Below are positions 19,478 through 28,620 of a stretch of 41,751 bases of DNA, in pieces. The DNA comes from a virus. Taxonomy: Duplodnaviria > Caudoviricetes. The position numbers and the translations under genes are program-made. A model generated the notes under the pieces. The model was not told the DNA's origin. It saw only the letters and a list, made by a program, of their open reading frames with translations, and did not search any database. The DNA is taken from positions 1 through 41,751 of the IMG/VR virus record IMGVR_UViG_3300008110_000287; one strand, given 5' to 3'. Position 1 is the stretch's first letter. Every line of letters begins with the position of its first letter.

Positions 19478-21357
19478 TATGTGTATACCAGGTCTAAGAG
19501 TAACTTATTTTTTATAAAACTATTTAACGTCTGACCAACCACAATAACTTGTGGTTGCCCACCACCCCCACCACCAACAGGAATCATCTGTGGTGGTTTC
19601 CTATCATCAATAACCACCATTTGCTGTCCTGGTTTGCTTGCCTGCTGAATTTGTTGGGTGGAAGTTGCTTGTGATGGTGAAGAAATTTGTGCTAAAGATG
19701 GTGCTGGTGGAGCAACTTGTGCTGGAGATGGAGCACCTGTTGGTTTTCCTGCAACTCCAGTAAGTTGTCTACCAATTGAAAGAAGACCAAGATATGGTTT
19801 TGGATCAATTGGCTTTCCTCCAGGTCTTGCCTCAAAATGCAAGTGAATGTCATAGTTACCACCACTCTTTCCAATTTCACCGATTGTTTGACCATTATAC
19901 TGCTGTCCCTCTCTAACAAAAATGCTTGCTAGGTGTGCAAAATAAAATTCAATATTTCCAGATTTAATAATAACTAAATTTCCATATCCAGCACCATTAT
20001 TTCTAGCATAAGTAACTTGTCCAGATTGCCTGAAAGAAACATAAAATCCCCTTTTCCCATAAGTTCCAATATCAATTCCGGCGTGAGATCTTGTAGAAGA
20101 TCTATAAGCACCAAAACCTTGTCCAGGAGTTAGACCACCTAAAGAACTCTTATTCATTGCAACATTTAATTCATCTTTTACAGTTGTTGAAACTGTTGGT
20201 GATGGAGAAGATCTAGTATCAATATTTCTACCAGACTTAACTTGCTCCAAAGATTTTTTAACTTGTTGTGAAGTAATAGAACTACTTTGTCCGTCATGAT
20301 AAAATTTTCCGGATGCATTTGGTAAAACTGCAAATTCTTGTGAAAGACCTTGCATAAATTGCTCTGTTGACATCTTCCCAGCCAACCATTGATTTCCTCC
20401 CCTATTCATTCCAATATTAACTTTTGCCGCTATTAAATCTTGATTTTCTGGACTATAAAGATCTTTGTCTGGATTCAATCCTGCTGCTTTTGCTCTACCA
20501 ACTAAGTATTGTGGAAGTTGTTGATACTTTCCTACAGCACCGGTTGCTCTTCTAGCAACATCTGCAATAGTCATTTTCGTTGCACCAGGCAAAGTTGTGC
20601 TGGGATACATCGCTTCATAGTTTCCACCAGATTCTTTTGATGCAACTAAATCTAATAATGGTTTCCATTCTCCAGAAGAAGATGTTGTTCCTCCAGGAGG
20701 AGACTCATAACTTGTCCCAAATGGAGCAGCATCTTGTCCAGTAACCACTCCCTCACTTAAAGTAGTAGTCATCAATTTCATACCTTCATCAAATTGACTT
20801 TGCATCTCCTCAAAATTGTTACCAAGTTCACTCAATGAACTTCTAACTCTATTCGATGTATCAAAAAAATCAAATGATATGACATTCTGGAAAACTGCAC
20901 CCAATACTTTACCAAACCCAGTAAATGTATCTAATACATTACCCATAAAAGATTTAAATATGGTTACCATTCTTTGAATTCTGGCAATCAATTCTGTTGC
21001 CATTGTTATAATTGTTGGCAAATTATATGTCAACCATCCAAGTAAAAGTGAACCTAAGAAATCAAGTATTCTACTCAAAAATCCCTTTGCACCTTTAGTA
21101 ATAGCATTTATTGGTCTAAAAATAACTTCCCTAGCCTCGATTACATCTTCCTTTGCCTTTCTTTGAAAATATTCTTTCTTTCTGGCAAAAGATTTTTTAT
21201 CTCCTTGTATTGCTTCTTTAGTGACTCTTGTTTTATTCAAGAGAACTTTTTTCATATCAACTGTAGTTTTTTTACTCTTATCTAATGAAGAAGAGAATGA
21301 AAAAAATCTACTAGATATTTTGCGAAGATTTAAGAAAGACCCTGCTATAGTTGCCAT
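19477..21357 (-). CDS. Virion peptidoglycan hydrolase: lysozyme-like domain plus M23 peptidase
   Basis: LLDLVASKESGGNY...AVGKYQ...NQD (lysozyme/transglycosylase-like); HAGID, GYGN and HLHFE (M23 zinc motifs HxxxD, HxH). Confidence 0.85.
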   Translation of the reverse strand: MATIAGSFLNLRKISSRFFSFSSSLDKSKKTTVDMKKVLLNKTRVTKEAIQGDKKSFARKKEYFQRKAKEDVIEAREVIFRPINAITKGAKGFLSRILDFLGSLLLGWLTYNLPTIITMATELIARIQRMVTIFKSFMGNVLDTFTGFGKVLGAVFQNVISFDFFDTSNRVRSSLSELGNNFEEMQSQFDEGMKLMTTTLSEGVVTGQDAAPFGTSYESPPGGTTSSSGEWKPLLDLVASKESGGNYEAMYPSTTLPGATKMTIADVARRATGAVGKYQQLPQYLVGRAKAAGLNPDKDLYSPENQDLIAAKVNIGMNRGGNQWLAGKMSTEQFMQGLSQEFAVLPNASGKFYHDGQSSSITSQQVKKSLEQVKSGRNIDTRSSPSPTVSTTVKDELNVAMNKSSLGGLTPGQGFGAYRSSTRSHAGIDIGTYGKRGFYVSFRQSGQVTYARNNGAGYGNLVIIKSGNIEFYFAHLASIFVREGQQYNGQTIGEIGKSGGNYDIHLHFEARPGGKPIDPKPYLGLLSIGRQLTGVAGKPTGAPSPAQVAPPAPSLAQISSPSQATSTQQIQQASKPGQQMVVIDDRKPPQMIPVGGGGGGQPQVIVVGQTLNSFIKNKLLLDLVYT

Positions 21358-21358
21358 T

Positions 21359-23149
21359 TTATGTTACTATATTATAGCTTACTTGGGAATATAACAAATA
21401 AAAATTATCAGGATTTCCGGAAGATATGGATGGTACTTCGGAAGCTGCTCCACTTCTTTCAGACATTTGTGGCATTTGTGGTTGACCTCCACCAGAACTC
21501 ATATACACTACATTTGGTTTTGCTTCTGGTTCTTGACCAATCGTGGGTGTTGAGGTTGGAATTCTTTGAGTTTGCGCAGGAGATATTGATGGGGATGAAG
21601 ATGGTACTGAAGATATTTGTTCTGCCTGACCAGGAACTTTAGATTCTCTTTCTACACCTGGTATCGAAATTTCACCAAATTCTGCAGGTTTGCTAAAATC
21701 AACCGTCACCTCCTCCGAAGGTGTTTCTTTATTGGGATTAAATGAAAACTCCATAGGAGGAGGAACCATATTTACAGATGGTGCAGTAACAGGGGTGGGT
21801 GGAGGACTACTTACTTGTGGGGGAGGAATAACTGGTGAAGTTGGAGTAACATTAACAGGTGATGGATTAGTAGTAGAAGGTGTCGATGAAGGAGGAGGAG
21901 GAGAAGTAGTTGTAGTAGTAGGAGTAATAGGTCGAGAAATACTAGAAGAAGTAGCAGGTTCATTTGGATTTTTCCCCAAAAGATTACCCCCAAACATTTC
22001 TGAAACTGCATCAAGAGTGTAGGCAGCAGCAAAGGGAATTTTAAGTGCTCCTGGAGCAAAAAGTGCTCCTGCAGAAACCGCTGCATCTACATTTTGACCA
22101 CTGGCAAGATCCATAACGCCACTAGCACCAGTAAAGAATTTTGATATGCCACCAAGAAACCCCCCACCAGGTTTTCCTCCAGCGGTAGGTGGTTTTCCTC
22201 CAGCAGCGGCACCAGCACCAGCAGCCCCTACACCAGCGGCTGCCGCTGCTGCTGGAACTTTTCCAATATTTAATAATCCTTTAGCAGCATTACCAAGGAG
22301 TCCAAAAAATTTACCAATAGTATTCTTTAAGAGAAAACTACCAACACTAAGTGATAATGATGCAATTGTTCGGGAAATTGCTAAAAATCCACCATTAAGT
22401 AATAATAAAATGCCACCAACAATTGCAAGATTTTTTAGGACTGAATTTTTAATGTTTTCTAATTTTTCAGTATTACCACTAGAAAGAGCTCTAAAAGTTT
22501 CTATAGCTTTATCAAATAACCACCCAGAAAATAATATAGTAAAAAATTCCATTACTCTACCAAGAGTAAATTGCACTCTTTGACCAATAGCTTGTATTGG
22601 TGCCATTAATGCCGAAACAATCTTTTTCTCTATTAAATTTTCTTTATCTGTCCTATATTGTTGTTCTGCCTCTCTATTTTGTAAAACTTTTTCTTCTAAT
22701 TCCTTTTTTTGCTCTAAATTTGAATCGGAAATAAGTGCAGTTTTTACTCCCAATAATTGATTCCCTAAATCAACTACTTTAGTCTGTAAAACTTGAAATT
22801 GATTTTGTAGTGTTCCAATAATGTTATTGTTTAGTGCTAATTGCTGCTCGTCTCTAGTAGTAAGTGCATTTATCTGCTTTTGCAGAGAAGAAACTAAATT
22901 TGGATCTACTTGTGGGGTTTGTGCAGTTGGAACTAACTCTGAAGAATCTATAGCCCTAGTCAAGGGAACAATTGCACCCCCTCTACCACCACCCGCACCT
23001 CCACGATTTCCAGTAAATTTGGAACTAGAAATTCTGGTAATTCTACCTAAACCAAAATTTCTTAAACTAATTCTTTCAGAAGACGTGTAGTATCCACCTT
23101 CAGGCTTTTCACCAGTTTGAGATCTTTCTAGTGCTTCTTGCCTATCCAT
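21359..23149 (-). CDS. Tape-measure/hub-like virion protein (coiled coil, hydrophobic helices, Pro/Ser/Thr-rich tail)
   Basis: Composition and position directly downstream of gp26-gp51. Confidence 0.55.
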   Translation of the reverse strand: MDRQEALERSQTGEKPEGGYYTSSERISLRNFGLGRITRISSSKFTGNRGGAGGGRGGAIVPLTRAIDSSELVPTAQTPQVDPNLVSSLQKQINALTTRDEQQLALNNNIIGTLQNQFQVLQTKVVDLGNQLLGVKTALISDSNLEQKKELEEKVLQNREAEQQYRTDKENLIEKKIVSALMAPIQAIGQRVQFTLGRVMEFFTILFSGWLFDKAIETFRALSSGNTEKLENIKNSVLKNLAIVGGILLLLNGGFLAISRTIASLSLSVGSFLLKNTIGKFFGLLGNAAKGLLNIGKVPAAAAAAGVGAAGAGAAAGGKPPTAGGKPGGGFLGGISKFFTGASGVMDLASGQNVDAAVSAGALFAPGALKIPFAAAYTLDAVSEMFGGNLLGKNPNEPATSSSISRPITPTTTTTSPPPPSSTPSTTNPSPVNVTPTSPVIPPPQVSSPPPTPVTAPSVNMVPPPMEFSFNPNKETPSEEVTVDFSKPAEFGEISIPGVERESKVPGQAEQISSVPSSSPSISPAQTQRIPTSTPTIGQEPEAKPNVVYMSSGGGQPQMPQMSERSGAASEVPSISSGNPDNFYLLYSQVSYNIVT

Positions 23150-23315
23150 TCGCCTGCTGCTTTAGTTTTTCTTCCTCAAGATGATTATGTAAAAGAGATA
23201 TATAGATTTCTCTTTCCCAAGGAATCATATTTTCTAACTCTGTCAAGCTATATTTATGATACTGCATCAAGGCAAAATTTGTCTTATAGTATGACGCAAT
23301 ATCTTCATGCGCCAT
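23142..23315 (-). CDS. gp51: Baseplate hub assembly protein, short cyanophage gp51-type (57 aa)
   Basis: Not in track. MAHEDIASYYKTNFALMQYHKYSLTELENMIPWEREIYISLL...; MIPWEREIY motif. Confidence 0.85.
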   Translation of the reverse strand: MAHEDIASYYKTNFALMQYHKYSLTELENMIPWEREIYISLLHNHLEEEKLKQQANG

Positions 23316-23330
23316 ACCTACGCGAAAAAA
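23289..23330 (-). promoter_or_regulatory. Candidate -1 programmed ribosomal frameshift signal
   Basis: T TTT TTC (23330-23324), 6-nt spacer, hairpin GTATGGCGCA/TGCGTCATAC. The -1 frame is continuous with gp51. Confidence 0.7.
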
Positions 23331-24037
23331 GATGTCAAGCCCTCAAGAACAACATCACTTTCAACACCAGTTTTTGGGTTCTTAACAGTCAAGGTATGGG
23401 AAAGTTTAGGCATTGTTTCAAAAAACTTTTCAATTTCTTTAAACTGATTTGATGTAAGTTGCTCAATAAATTCACTCAATTCCTTCTTAGTGCAATCAGA
23501 AGCTGCCCAAGATTCTTCTTCACTATAAACCTGTTCTATACAAGAACATATTAAATCGAAAGTATTTGTTACTGATAGAGTTTCACCAACTTCAAAATTA
23601 TTTTTAATAAACTCATTCATTGATGGATACTTCATTCTCATAGAAAGATTATCATCTAGTTTAATATCTTTAGTATGATCTGGAGAAGTTTGAACTTGAA
23701 TGTCGTCCAAATTGATAGTCATAGGAACTTGTGTTTGACCATCATCCGGACAAGTAATTAGGACATCAACCGTCTCTCCTACAGACTTTCCTCTGATATT
23801 TAAGAATAAGTACTCAATATCAAAAGTAGATAACTCATCTACTTTAATACCTTTACTCAAAATACAATTTGAGATTACAGTTTTGACTGCGTTTGCAATT
23901 TGCTTAGTATCCTCACTTTCCATTGCGATAATGAGAACCTTTTCTTCTTTGACTAAAAAGGGTCTATATCTAATCTTTTTTTGTAATGAAGGAACTTCCA
24001 ATTCATAAATTGGTGTAGAAATCTTTGGTAATGGCAT
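23318..24037 (-). CDS. gp26: Baseplate hub subunit/assembly chaperone gp26
   Basis: MPLPKI..P.YEL, YRPFLVKEEK, FDIEYLFLNIRGKSVGE, FFETMPKL, LEGLTSFF. Confidence 0.9.
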   Translation of the reverse strand: MPLPKISTPIYELEVPSLQKKIRYRPFLVKEEKVLIIAMESEDTKQIANAVKTVISNCILSKGIKVDELSTFDIEYLFLNIRGKSVGETVDVLITCPDDGQTQVPMTINLDDIQVQTSPDHTKDIKLDDNLSMRMKYPSMNEFIKNNFEVGETLSVTNTFDLICSCIEQVYSEEESWAASDCTKKELSEFIEQLTSNQFKEIEKFFETMPKLSHTLTVKNPKTGVESDVVLEGLTSFFA

Positions 24038-24060
24038 AATAACCTATCTATTCATATGAT

Positions 24061-24067
24061 TATTTAG
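24061..24067 (-). promoter_or_regulatory. T4-like late promoter (CTAAATA) for the gp26 operon
   Basis: Motif 24 nt upstream of the gp26 ATG. Confidence 0.65.
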
Positions 24068-24834
24068 AATGTGAAATTAGTACTATTTGGATCATATGCA
24101 AACGTAACTTTTGCATTCGCATCTAAAAAGTAACTATTGCTTGACTGATTTTGTTGGTTCGGTTGAGTTTGATCCTTATTATTATCAGAATTTCTGTTTA
24201 TATCCGCACTAGTAACTTTCCCACAAACATACCTATCATAATTAAAAGTAACACTAATTGTTAATGTACTACTACCCTCATAAGAAACTGATGGAGAAGC
24301 AACTGCTAAAGGAAATAACCCATAAAAATTATACTCAATCGGATTTGAATAATCTTTGTTAAATTTTATAATTTTTGTAGAATCGCATTTATAACCAGAA
24401 TCAACATCAGATGGATACTGCATTCTATAAAAATATCCAGGAGTTGCAGGATTTAATGCACTGTTTGATATATCAGAAGATCCGGATGCAATATATTCTG
24501 TCCAGTGCTCTAAAAATTTTACCATTTTATACTTATGATCTACATAAAAAGACAGATCAATTGGGTTAAACATTTTAGTGTGAGCAAATTTTTCCATCAC
24601 ACCAGTATAACTGCCCTTCAAATCCATAGTGGCAAATGAACTAGTTGGTAAAGAAGCAGAATAACACATTAAACCAGCGTCCTCAGTAATAAAACGATAA
24701 TCCACGTTTCTTAAGGACAAATATCTTCTTAAATTTGCAGATAGACCACCAAAACTAACCTGATATTGTGAAGTTTGAGCTAAATTAAATATAGGTTTAA
24801 TATCACTTATTCGTTTTGGTTTGATTATAGCCAC
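24064..24834 (-). CDS. Tail tube-like / baseplate-tube initiator (gp54/gp19-like)
   Basis: ASLP...LSFYVD...FLEHW...GLFP...VTFNY tube-fold pattern. GTG 24834 preferred as start because the track start overlaps divergent gp4. Confidence 0.7.
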   Translation of the reverse strand: MAIIKPKRISDIKPIFNLAQTSQYQVSFGGLSANLRRYLSLRNVDYRFITEDAGLMCYSASLPTSSFATMDLKGSYTGVMEKFAHTKMFNPIDLSFYVDHKYKMVKFLEHWTEYIASGSSDISNSALNPATPGYFYRMQYPSDVDSGYKCDSTKIIKFNKDYSNPIEYNFYGLFPLAVASPSVSYEGSSTLTISVTFNYDRYVCGKVTSADINRNSDNNKDQTQPNQQNQSSNSYFLDANAKVTFAYDPNSTNFTF

Positions 24835-24835
24835 T

Positions 24836-24870
24836 CTAAATATTTTTAATAGAACTATACTATATGTATA
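24836..24870. promoter_or_regulatory. Divergent late-promoter region
   Basis: CTAAATA on + at 24836-24842 and TATACATA on - at 24870-24863, between head-to-head genes. Confidence 0.5.
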
Positions 24871-25308
24871 ATGGCATATAAAGGAAAATACCAACCATCA
24901 AATTCAAAAAAATATAAAGGCGACCCTACAAATATCGTTTATAGATCTTTGTGGGAAAGAAAATTTATGGTTTATTGTGACAAAAATGAAAATGTTCTTG
25001 AATGGGGAAGTGAGGAAATTGCTCTCCCATATCGTTCTCCAATTGATGGAAGAGTTCATAGATATTTTCCAGATTTTTATATTAAAGTTCGAGAAAGCAC
25101 CGGTCAAATTAAAAAATATATTATAGAAATTAAACCAAAAAAACAAACAGTAGAACCGAAAATTCCTAAGAGAAAAACCAAAGGATATATTTACGAGGTT
25201 GTTGAGTATGCCAAAAACCAGGCAAAATGGAAGGCAGCTCAAGAATTTTGTGAAGATAGGATGTGGGAATTCAAAGTTCTTACTGAGGATGAATTAGGTA
25301 TAAACTAA
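24871..25308 (+). CDS. gp4: Head completion nuclease gp4
   Basis: MAYKGKY.P.N..KYKGDPTNIVYRSLWER...HRYFPDF...EIKP...NQAKW. Confidence 0.95.
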   Translation: MAYKGKYQPSNSKKYKGDPTNIVYRSLWERKFMVYCDKNENVLEWGSEEIALPYRSPIDGRVHRYFPDFYIKVRESTGQIKKYIIEIKPKKQTVEPKIPKRKTKGYIYEVVEYAKNQAKWKAAQEFCEDRMWEFKVLTEDELGIN

Positions 25309-25709
25309 TGCCAAGAAAAACTTTACAACAAAGACAAAATAAAAATACAGAAGATACTAAAGGAAATAGAATAGCACCTTTTTTGGATACCCTAAGAGGA
25401 ACAGAAAATCCAGATGACATAATGGTTACTTTATTGGAAATATTGACCGAAACTTCACTTGTTCCAGAGGTAGGTGGATATTATACTTTCATATACTCCC
25501 CAAAAACGCCGAACACCAGATATGATGAATATCCACTAGTTGAAATTACTACTATTTTTAGATGGGGATTTAAAGGAATAAATTATCACCATCCCGGTCC
25601 AAGACAATATACCTGGGAAGAAATTGTTGGTTCTTTGCATAAAATTTATCCAGACGAATTCAAATCAGTTAGTGCCCTAGCATTTAAAAAAATACGTCTA
25701 AATAGTTAA
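25308..25709 (+). CDS. gp2: DNA end protector gp2-like
   Basis: YTFIYSPKT...YDEYPLV...GFKGINYH; follows gp4. Confidence 0.75.
   Translation: MPRKTLQQRQNKNTEDTKGNRIAPFLDTLRGTENPDDIMVTLLEILTETSLVPEVGGYYTFIYSPKTPNTRYDEYPLVEITTIFRWGFKGINYHHPGPRQYTWEEIVGSLHKIYPDEFKSVSALAFKKIRLNS
25698..25704 (+). promoter_or_regulatory. T4-like late promoter (CTAAATA) for gp48
   Basis: 17 nt upstream of ATG 25722. Confidence 0.6.
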
Positions 25710-25721
25710 AAAATACCAAAA

Positions 25722-26609
25722 ATGTCAATATACAGGTATCCATTACGAAAACTTGGGGATTCTGATGATTTTTTGGAAATAAAAATTTTAGAATATAAAG
25801 CTCCTGGCGTTACAACAGGATCGTCAATAACTGGTATTTCACAAAAAACATCCTCAGATTCATTAAAAGGATCAACACCAAAAGATTTCATCTATCTACC
25901 AGTACCACAGTCTATAGAAGATACAAATGCAGTTGATTGGGGCGATGATAGCTTAAATAGCATCGCTGCTTATGGACTTGCGGCTTCAAAAAACGTCATC
26001 GGAAGTGCTGATGGAGTACAAACTTTAGGAAATGAAATAATTAATGCTATAGGTGCGGCAGGAGATGTTGTAATTTCTGGCAATGGGCAAGACTTAGGTA
26101 CGTCATTTTTTGCCTCACAAGCAGTTAATGCACTTGGAGCAAACGTTAGTTTAGAAGGTCTAATTTCAAGAGCTACTGGTAAAGTTTTAAATCCAAATAT
26201 GGAGCTCTTATTCAAGGGTGTAAAATTAAGATCATTTAATTTTTCTTATGACTTGGTAGCAAGAGATCGAGATGAGGCAGCTCAAATAAAAGGGATGATA
26301 ACTACACTCAAAAAAGCAATGGCACCAAGAAAAAGTTCTGGATCTGGTGGTGCCGGGGGAGGGTTATTTGTATCTGCACCAAATGTTTTTCAATTAACCT
26401 ACAAAAAAGGTTCTCAAAATCATCCATTCTTACATACATTTAAACCAACAGCTCTATTGAATATGTCAGTTGATTATACTGGATCTGGAACATATGCAAC
26501 ATATTCAGATGCAACTCCAGTCCATATTAAACTTACTATGGCATTCCAAGAATTAAATCCAGTTTATTATGAAGATTACACCGATGATCTAGCGGGGGTA
26601 GGGTACTAA
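25722..26609 (+). CDS. gp48: Baseplate tail tube cap gp48
   Basis: IYLPVP, NPNMELLFKGVKLRSFNFSY, LTMAFQELNPVY. Confidence 0.9.
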   Translation: MSIYRYPLRKLGDSDDFLEIKILEYKAPGVTTGSSITGISQKTSSDSLKGSTPKDFIYLPVPQSIEDTNAVDWGDDSLNSIAAYGLAASKNVIGSADGVQTLGNEIINAIGAAGDVVISGNGQDLGTSFFASQAVNALGANVSLEGLISRATGKVLNPNMELLFKGVKLRSFNFSYDLVARDRDEAAQIKGMITTLKKAMAPRKSSGSGGAGGGLFVSAPNVFQLTYKKGSQNHPFLHTFKPTALLNMSVDYTGSGTYATYSDATPVHIKLTMAFQELNPVYYEDYTDDLAGVGY

Positions 26610-26610
26610 A

Positions 26611-27258
26611 ATGGGTTACTTTAGAGAATTACCAAATGTAGAATATCAATCATTTTTGAATGATTCAACATCATCCAAAGATTACATTCTGGTTAAAAAT
26701 TTATTCAGAAGAACTAAATTAAGAGATGATTTATTTAATGTAGTTACATTATTCAATAAGTATCAAATTCCAGATGGTTCTAGACCCGATTTAGTTGCCG
26801 AAGAATTATATGGAAGTCCTGATTATGACTGGGTAGTATTGATTAGTGCCGGAATAACTCATATCAGAGATCAATGGCCATTATCAGATAAAGACTTATA
26901 TGAATTTGCACTCAAAAAGTATGAAAATGATTTAACAGAAATTAGATACTATGAAACTCGTGAAGTTAAAGATGATGAAGGACGATTGATACTTCCTGCC
27001 GGAAAAATTGTAGATCCAAACTTTACTATACCTAAGCCACAAAAAAAAGATGTAACTATAAATCCGGTTGCCGGAGTGACAAATTATGAATATGAAGTCA
27101 AGAAAAATGATGAAAAAAGAACAATATATCTGCTCAAACCAGAATACTTGCAGCAATTCTTAAATGATATGAGAAATATTATGTCTTATGAAAGATCTTC
27201 ACAATATATCAATTCAAGCTTGATAAGAACTGAGAACACTAAAGTAAAATCACCATAA
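26611..27258 (+). CDS. gp53: Baseplate wedge subunit gp53
   Basis: YFRELPNVEY, KNLFRR, RPDLVAEELYGSPDYDWVVL, QWP, EVKKNDEKR.I.LLKPEY. Confidence 0.92.
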   Translation: MGYFRELPNVEYQSFLNDSTSSKDYILVKNLFRRTKLRDDLFNVVTLFNKYQIPDGSRPDLVAEELYGSPDYDWVVLISAGITHIRDQWPLSDKDLYEFALKKYENDLTEIRYYETREVKDDEGRLILPAGKIVDPNFTIPKPQKKDVTINPVAGVTNYEYEVKKNDEKRTIYLLKPEYLQQFLNDMRNIMSYERSSQYINSSLIRTENTKVKSP

Positions 27259-27282
27259 AAAACCGCAGACAATGTCTGCGGT
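27257..27282 (-). terminator. Rho-independent terminator between convergent gp53 and gp32
   Basis: Perfect 9-bp stem accgcagac-aat-gtctgcggt with a T-run on the minus strand. Confidence 0.85.
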
Positions 27283-27305
27283 CTAATATTATTTAATTTA
27301 CACCA

Positions 27306-28226
27306 TCACTCTTCAGCAAGGCGAGCAAAGTAGGAGAGGGTATCATCATCCTCATCTTCACTATAAGAAGAAGATTTAGTAGGAGTTAGATTATTCAGTT
27401 GAGTGCGAAGATCTTCATCAAGAGAAGGCGCAGTTCCACGATAACCATCCTCATCTTCAACTTCGGCATCCTGAGCCTTAGAAGAACCTTTCAGACCAAG
27501 AGTATAATCAAGGCGCTTCTTGAGATCTTCATAAGACTTATATTCAGCAGGACTCATAAACTCCTGGAGAGAATACTGCTTCTTCCAGATTGCTTCCATT
27601 GCATCATCATCGTCCAGTAGAGCACTCTGAGAGGCAAATTCACTGGAATCATAATTACGATAACCAGCAACGTTCTTTGCCTTCAGTTTGAAGTTAGCAC
27701 CTTTCCAGAAGTCAAACGGATCGATAGGGGTCTCATCTTCAAACTCTGGTTGCATTGCTTCGGTGAGTTTGTCAAAGATTTTCTTACCATACTTGAACAG
27801 GAATACCTTGCCCTCATTCTCGGGATTGGTAGGATCCTTTACAACATAGATATTGCTCATATAAGTCAGTTTGCGCTTCTGCTTACGTGCAACTTCTTTA
27901 TTAGAGTCTATACCAGAATTCCAGAGACCAGAGTTGTGTTCGCACACAGGGCACTTCTGATTCAGTGTGGTCAGGCAGTTATCAATCAACCAACCACCAG
28001 GACCCTGGAAGGCGTGAGAATAGACTTTAACGAATGGTAGATCTTCCCCATCAGGAGCAGGCAGGAAACGAATAACGGCATAACCATTGCCACTTTTATC
28101 AACGTCAAGTTTCCAGAGACGGTCATCGGAAGAATTACCAGAATTATTCATTTTTTCGACTTCTTTCACCAGTTTATCGGTGAGAGAACCAAGTTTAGAT
28201 TGTTTTTTAAGGTCGGCAAAACCCAT
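27306..28226 (-). CDS. gp32: Single-stranded DNA-binding protein gp32
   Basis: DKSGNGYAVIRFLP, HAFQGPGGW, CLTT...CPVC, YGKKIFDK, acidic tail. Confidence 0.97.
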   Translation of the reverse strand: MGFADLKKQSKLGSLTDKLVKEVEKMNNSGNSSDDRLWKLDVDKSGNGYAVIRFLPAPDGEDLPFVKVYSHAFQGPGGWLIDNCLTTLNQKCPVCEHNSGLWNSGIDSNKEVARKQKRKLTYMSNIYVVKDPTNPENEGKVFLFKYGKKIFDKLTEAMQPEFEDETPIDPFDFWKGANFKLKAKNVAGYRNYDSSEFASQSALLDDDDAMEAIWKKQYSLQEFMSPAEYKSYEDLKKRLDYTLGLKGSSKAQDAEVEDEDGYRGTAPSLDEDLRTQLNNLTPTKSSSYSEDEDDDTLSYFARLAEE

Positions 28227-28269
28227 TTTAGATACCTCGGATAGTTTGGATTCGGGAGATTACTTGGAT

Positions 28270-28298
28270 ATTATAGCAAAAAAGCACTCATCAGTCAA
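28270..28298 (-). promoter_or_regulatory. Sigma70-type promoter of gp32
   Basis: TTGACT-17 bp-TATAAT. Confidence 0.8.
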
Positions 28299-28620
28299 GA
28301 TACTTTTTGAGCGACTCAATGGTTTTTGTCATACTGCTGAAAAGTATGCTCATATCAGTCTCTGGTGGGAATCCCATCAGAGCAACGGACTTTCTCAGAT
28401 TCTCTTTCATCTCAATTGCCTGAGGGTCATCAGAAAGAGAAAGTCTGGTGTACATAATACGCTGCTTTTCAAGCAGTCGTGTCATTTTTTCGATGTGTTC
28501 TAGTTTATCTTCACGGGGCATCATACCAAAAGTTAAAATACTATTGTATATAAATTCTTGGAGTTCGTGAATTTCTTTAAGTTCTTCCTGAATAAGTTCA
28601 GAATCAAAAAAACTACTCAT
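28291..28620 (-). CDS. Conserved cyanophage protein (DUF1825-like)
   Basis: FFDSELIQEE...EKQRIMYTRLSLSDDPQA. Confidence 0.75.
   Translation of the reverse strand: MSSFFDSELIQEELKEIHELQEFIYNSILTFGMMPREDKLEHIEKMTRLLEKQRIMYTRLSLSDDPQAIEMKENLRKSVALMGFPPETDMSILFSSMTKTIESLKKYLD

Noticed and set aside
650-23452. Many short plus-strand and alternate-frame ORFs in the track
   Set aside because: Shadows of long minus-strand genes with biased codons; no recognisable motifs.
24871-25308. TnsA-like transposase
   Set aside because: Motifs and synteny identify head-completion gp4; no transposon ends seen.
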